Part shown: in pieces, positions 59,843-64,000 of the stretch
Numbering within the stretch: position 1 is the stretch's first letter
Layout of the letters: the number at the start of each line of letters is the position of its first letter
IMG/VR virus record: IMGVR_UViG_3300027985_001318
Span: 62,001 to 126,000 of that record
DNA length: 64,000 nt
Reading direction: 5' to 3' (one strand)
Position numbers and translations under genes: made by a program
Notes under the pieces: generated by a model
Seen by the model: only the letters and a program-made list of their open reading frames with translations
Told to the model about the DNA's origin: nothing
Databases searched by the model: none

Positions 59843-61105
59843 ATGTCTGATGAAAATGAGTTTTACGATCAAGCAGAGACTGATCTGGTCGATCGAGAGC
59901 TCGGGATTGTGGAAGCAATCGGCGTTCATGAAGAACTCGTAGATGCCGTTGAGTCAGGGTTGAACAAAACCTGGAGCTTCGAAACTCTGGCAATCCAAGC
60001 CGAGCTAGAAAAAGAGGAAACTATCGACCCCGAGAAACTCTGGATCGATGCTACCCTAAAAAGCTCTTTCTACGATGTAGAACAAGAACCGGAAGATATT
60101 CTCGAAGGACTTAATCTCACAGCTGAGTCTTTCAGGGAGCGCGCCAAGTCTTTGTTGACTACGGTTCTGGAATTCCTCGGCAGAATCCTTAAAAGCGCTT
60201 TGGCTATCTTGAGGCAGTGCGCTGACTTCTTCGTCGGCATTGAAGCTAAAGCCAAACGGATTCGTTATTGGGCCGAGAACAGTCGGTACAAAAAAGTCCC
60301 AGAAAAAGCAGCTATCGAGCTAGGTCGTAGCGCCAACAAGTTGTTAGTCGGTATGGTACCGGTTAAAGATGGCAGTCAATTGATCTCCGCATTGAAAGAA
60401 CACCAGTTATTTTTACAGCAGATCAAAGCCTACGTTAACCATAGTGTTCAGATCGGCGGTCGACTGACTGACGTAGTCGGTCAGTTTGATCTTAAGAACC
60501 CCGAAGCTTCCATTGAACGTATCCTCTCCGTTTATAAGGAAGTCAATCGCGGTGTTGCTGAGAAAATCTGCAGCAAGCAAATCAAAGACAATCGGTTCTT
60601 CGTTAATAAAGCCGGGATGCTTAAAACCTCAGTTCCTCTGCTAGGTGGAAAGCAATTTTATCTGGCAGTTAATAGCGGTGGAGCTAACGTATCTGAAGAG
60701 CTACGTAATGCGATTCGTACTAAGTTTATTTACCAGTTTAGTTCTAGCAACAGACCTGCGTTTACTGAAGCTGCTTTCAAACCAATGAGTGCTGAAGAAA
60801 TCATTTCGGCGATGGATTTGGTATTGGAACTCTCAGCTGCCGCTAAGAGCCTGGTTGAAGAAGACATTGAGAAAAAACTCGAGCTCATCAACAAACAGAT
60901 GACCGCCTCTAGTAAGAAGGCGCTTAGCTATTTCGATGAGCAATCTCAGCGCGAGCAGCGAGCTGTGACTGAACTGATGGTAGATACCGTAAAGGCATTC
61001 TCGATTCAGAGCTCTACTCCGATCCTCAATTACGTCTCTGCTCTCAGCTCTACGCTGAGAGCGGTTACTACGGTAGGTAAAGGGAGTCTGTCTCTCTTAC
61101 GTTAA
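59843..61105 (+). CDS. internal head protein paralog (gp94-97-like)
   Basis: Acidic N-terminus; TAE-SF site; PLLGG. Confidence 0.65.
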   Translation: MSDENEFYDQAETDLVDRELGIVEAIGVHEELVDAVESGLNKTWSFETLAIQAELEKEETIDPEKLWIDATLKSSFYDVEQEPEDILEGLNLTAESFRERAKSLLTTVLEFLGRILKSALAILRQCADFFVGIEAKAKRIRYWAENSRYKKVPEKAAIELGRSANKLLVGMVPVKDGSQLISALKEHQLFLQQIKAYVNHSVQIGGRLTDVVGQFDLKNPEASIERILSVYKEVNRGVAEKICSKQIKDNRFFVNKAGMLKTSVPLLGGKQFYLAVNSGGANVSEELRNAIRTKFIYQFSSSNRPAFTEAAFKPMSAEEIISAMDLVLELSAAAKSLVEEDIEKKLELINKQMTASSKKALSYFDEQSQREQRAVTELMVDTVKAFSIQSSTPILNYVSALSSTLRAVTTVGKGSLSLLR

Positions 61106-61177
61106 AAAAGCCATTAATTATATGGCATTTGACGAGGGCCACGTCTTCATTTGTCGTTTCCTTAGAACGTCCCTGTT

Positions 61178-61207
61178 AAGAGGAGGGCTTCGGCCCTCCT
61201 CCTTTTT
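61178..61207 (+). terminator. intrinsic terminator
   Basis: AGGAGGGC-TTCG-GCCCTCCT plus T tract. Confidence 0.8.
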
Positions 61208-61247
61208 CGCAAAATACTATAGACAGTCAGTTCTAGAGGTTATAAAC

Positions 61248-62783
61248 ATGCCTTTCACAACACTCGGATTGCAGGAAAGCTATCAGGCGATAACCCGCCC
61301 TGTAGTTAAAGAAATCATCGCACACATCCTTCAACTCACTAACTTACCGGCAGATACACCAATCTTTCACGTAGGGTCTTCAAACACAGCAGCCTTAGAA
61401 AACTCTACCATGGAAGAAAGTTTAGACCAAGTTCGGTTTTCTCAGAAGCAGAAGATTTTTATCCAGGTTTCTGAAAAAGCAAGCGAACAAACTGAACTTA
61501 CCATGCAGTCTACTAAGCCAGAAGGCCCGCCGGTATTCTTCGATCAGCCAAGAGGTGTGGTAATTCGACCGATCTACAGTCCTACCACAGTCACTATTTC
61601 AGTTAAGTTTCGCGCTAACGACCAAGTAGCTGCCGAAAGCTGGCGCAACGGTTTGCGTCGTAAGATTGCCGAAGACCTGATGGCCGTTAGTCACGAGATC
61701 CAATACCAGTACCTGATCCCTAATTGCTGCATTGGACTTTTACACGAAATATATACCCTGAAAGAAACCATCGATCCTGACAACGAAAAGCTTTCCGAAT
61801 GGTTTAAACGCTGCTGGACTAACGGAGCCACCACCGTTACCAAGATGGATACCAAACATCCGCGTATCGGCGTCAACGAACTCCAGACCGATGTGATAGG
61901 GTTCTTCGATTTCACTAGCCCGCCTGAGCACGACAAACACGAAGAAGGTTCTGCTTGGGAGATCTCGTTCGACTACGAGGTTCGTTTTGATAAGCCAACG
62001 GCACTGCAAGTAGTTTACCCAGTGATTGTCCACCAGCAGCTGCTGGATGAAAAATGGTTTCATCTGGAGACCAGTTACAAACCGTGGTTGCGGCCCGATA
62101 ATAGCTCTTTTAGTCGCAGAGCTTTTGATGGGGTAATTAACCAGACCAAACCTATCCCAGCAGAAGTTTTTGGCGGACTCCAGTACCCCAAATACGATGA
62201 CTGGTATCCGCCCATGAAACAGATGGCTACCAACACCATCCTTCGGGTTCTATGTAGCATCGCTGAAACAGATCGTACCTATATCGAGAAATTCGACGGT
62301 TTCGGTTTGTACGACATAAACCCAAGGTTTTTGGCCTTCATGCAGAAACACTATCGCTATCTGTTTAAGAAGGAAGAATCGCCATTTGTTCTTGAGCTTT
62401 GGGATGGCACGGATCGGATTGATCCATCGCAGATCGAAGTTAACGAGGAACTTGAGATCCGTACCAAATTCGAGCTCTCTCTACGGAATACTTACCACCT
62501 ACGTTTCTGTGCACTGATGGATCTTAGTTTGCTCTCAGATGCAGCTACGATGCGTTTCAGAACCGAAGGTCAGGCTTGTATTGAATTCCTGCAAGCTATT
62601 TGCCCTAACTTAGAGAACGTCGGTCTCGTACCGACTCTGACCAGCAACGGTATGGTTAGATCAGAAGAGTATTGGGCAGCTGTACGTTATATAGCGACCA
62701 CAAACCGCATGTATCGATCTAAGTACGAAGTGGTGCGTGCTAGAGCCAGTGGATTTGTCATCGAGGCCGATCAGTTGGAGTAA
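61248..62783 (+). CDS. virion structural protein (gp98-like)
   Basis: ATG 61248 after GAGGT (track start crosses a terminator); RPV, P.Y, YP..VHQQ, P.YDDW. Confidence 0.65.
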   Translation: MPFTTLGLQESYQAITRPVVKEIIAHILQLTNLPADTPIFHVGSSNTAALENSTMEESLDQVRFSQKQKIFIQVSEKASEQTELTMQSTKPEGPPVFFDQPRGVVIRPIYSPTTVTISVKFRANDQVAAESWRNGLRRKIAEDLMAVSHEIQYQYLIPNCCIGLLHEIYTLKETIDPDNEKLSEWFKRCWTNGATTVTKMDTKHPRIGVNELQTDVIGFFDFTSPPEHDKHEEGSAWEISFDYEVRFDKPTALQVVYPVIVHQQLLDEKWFHLETSYKPWLRPDNSSFSRRAFDGVINQTKPIPAEVFGGLQYPKYDDWYPPMKQMATNTILRVLCSIAETDRTYIEKFDGFGLYDINPRFLAFMQKHYRYLFKKEESPFVLELWDGTDRIDPSQIEVNEELEIRTKFELSLRNTYHLRFCALMDLSLLSDAATMRFRTEGQACIEFLQAICPNLENVGLVPTLTSNGMVRSEEYWAAVRYIATTNRMYRSKYEVVRARASGFVIEADQLE

Positions 62784-62786
62784 GCC

Positions 62787-63032
62787 ATGGACTTGGGAAT
62801 TATCAGACCGCTTGTTAGACGTGGGAAAGGTTGGGCGTTTTGTCGCAGTTTGGTAACTCCCAAGCAACGAGCTCTAGAGGAAATAAAAGGCTGGGGTAAA
62901 AACCCAGCCCCGTTCGGATGGCATTGGTATTTTCATATCAAAACAGCCACTATGTTCCTTGTTAGCTATTATGACACTAAGTTTATAATCACCGAGCAGG
63001 AGTGGCATAAAAGTCGCTCTGAGGAGTCTTAA
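62787..63032 (+). CDS. small hypothetical protein
   Basis: GGAG RBS; fills the gap between structural genes. Confidence 0.5.
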   Translation: MDLGIIRPLVRRGKGWAFCRSLVTPKQRALEEIKGWGKNPAPFGWHWYFHIKTATMFLVSYYDTKFIITEQEWHKSRSEES

Positions 63033-64000
63033 ATGCCTATCGCAAGACCCAATACCAAGCCAACTCCCCAGGCTACGCAGGAACCGTTTATTTCGGAACA
63101 GCCGTACGTACCGGTTGGAGTGGATAGCAAATTCCAATCTATGCGCGATACCCTAGTGTATCTGGAAGGCTCTACTTGGATCGTACCGCGCTATTACCAT
63201 CTGATGGTTACTAAAGACCAAGACCTTACTGCCATCCAACAAAACTTAGATCCAGTTTACCAGCAGTACCAACAAATCAATAACCTGGAGTTTAAGGTTA
63301 CTGATCCGCTTTCCGTGTCCCAAGAGACAGACACTGGCGAACATAAACTGGAAGGTTCTTCGAACATGTTCCCTGGCTTTAAGCCGCATCGTGGGGATAT
63401 GTTCATGGCGGACATTGGTGATGGTCGTAGCGCTTTCTTTGAGATCTACGAAGTCAACCAAAGCAATATCCTGATCGATAGCGCTTACAAGGTTAGTTAT
63501 CGGGTTTACGATTACGCTACCCCAGAACTTACTAAAAGTTTCCAAGACAGAGTAATCCAAGAAACCTACTTCGTTAAAGAGTTCCTCAAGAACCGCCAGA
63601 ATCCACTGATCGTCGCTGAAGATTATGTTTTACTTCAGCAATGTAAAGAGAACATCGACTATCTCCGTCAGGTCTGGTGGCGTAAGTTCTACAATTTTGA
63701 ATTTAAAACTTTCTTAGTACCTGGACAGGACCAACCTACCTTGGATGGTTTTCTGGCCAAGTATCTGGATTGGTTTTGGCCGTTGCAAAATCGGCCAGGT
63801 AACCAGAGAGTAAGTACTTATCCTTTGCAAAGCGACGAAGGCTTTTTAGTGCCGACGCTCTGGGAGTCTTTGATTAATGCAACAGATAAAGATTTCTGGA
63901 CCATCACTCAGGAACTAGATACTATTACAGTAGCAAGTCTGCCGTTTTATATCGAACAATTCGGTGAAGGTGGTTTGAAGTTCTCCGGTATTCGTCGCGT
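63033..64000 (+). CDS. virion structural protein (gp99-like), 3'-truncated
   Basis: GAGGAG RBS; MPIARP..., EGS.W, QQY..I..LE.KV, GDMF.ADIGDG; open to the window end. Confidence 0.65.
   Translation, partial: MPIARPNTKPTPQATQEPFISEQPYVPVGVDSKFQSMRDTLVYLEGSTWIVPRYYHLMVTKDQDLTAIQQNLDPVYQQYQQINNLEFKVTDPLSVSQETDTGEHKLEGSSNMFPGFKPHRGDMFMADIGDGRSAFFEIYEVNQSNILIDSAYKVSYRVYDYATPELTKSFQDRVIQETYFVKEFLKNRQNPLIVAEDYVLLQQCKENIDYLRQVWWRKFYNFEFKTFLVPGQDQPTLDGFLAKYLDWFWPLQNRPGNQRVSTYPLQSDEGFLVPTLWESLINATDKDFWTITQELDTITVASLPFYIEQFGEGGLKFSGIRR

Noticed and set aside
1-64000. tRNA/rRNA genes, reverse transcriptase/retron/DGR, recoded stop codons
   Set aside because: No cloverleaf or RT motif noticed by eye; genes are full length in the standard code and use all three stops

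Overview
This window is a core segment of a phiKZ-like, nucleus-forming jumbo phage (Chimalliviridae-type). In phiKZ-like order it carries: PhuZ tubulin; both halves of the split family-B DNA polymerase; chimallin (ChmA); four non-virion RNAP subunits; an Mre11/SbcD nuclease; PicA/Imp1 and ChmC-like proteins; an SF2 helicase; a virion RNAP subunit; and a baseplate/head-protein block. Two group I introns, each with an HNH homing endonuclease, split catalytic motifs: NADFDG|D of the nvRNAP beta' subunit and D|IDVxxxYP of the DNA polymerase. Features not in the ORF track: (1) a probable programmed -1 frameshift (U UUU UUU plus a hairpin) fusing the gp77-like ORF to the next ORF, like a lambda G/GT tail-chaperone system; (2) a ~540-nt densely paired, pseudoknotted non-coding RNA candidate downstream of phuZ; (3) an early-promoter-driven array of seven small proteins that appear to share one architecture, at the position of phiKZ nuclear-import cofactors; (4) a G-tract/purine-skewed non-coding region; (5) an SSB-like C-terminal tail on the gp67/Imp6-position protein. 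phiKZ gp numbers come from recalled motifs and synteny, not database searches.
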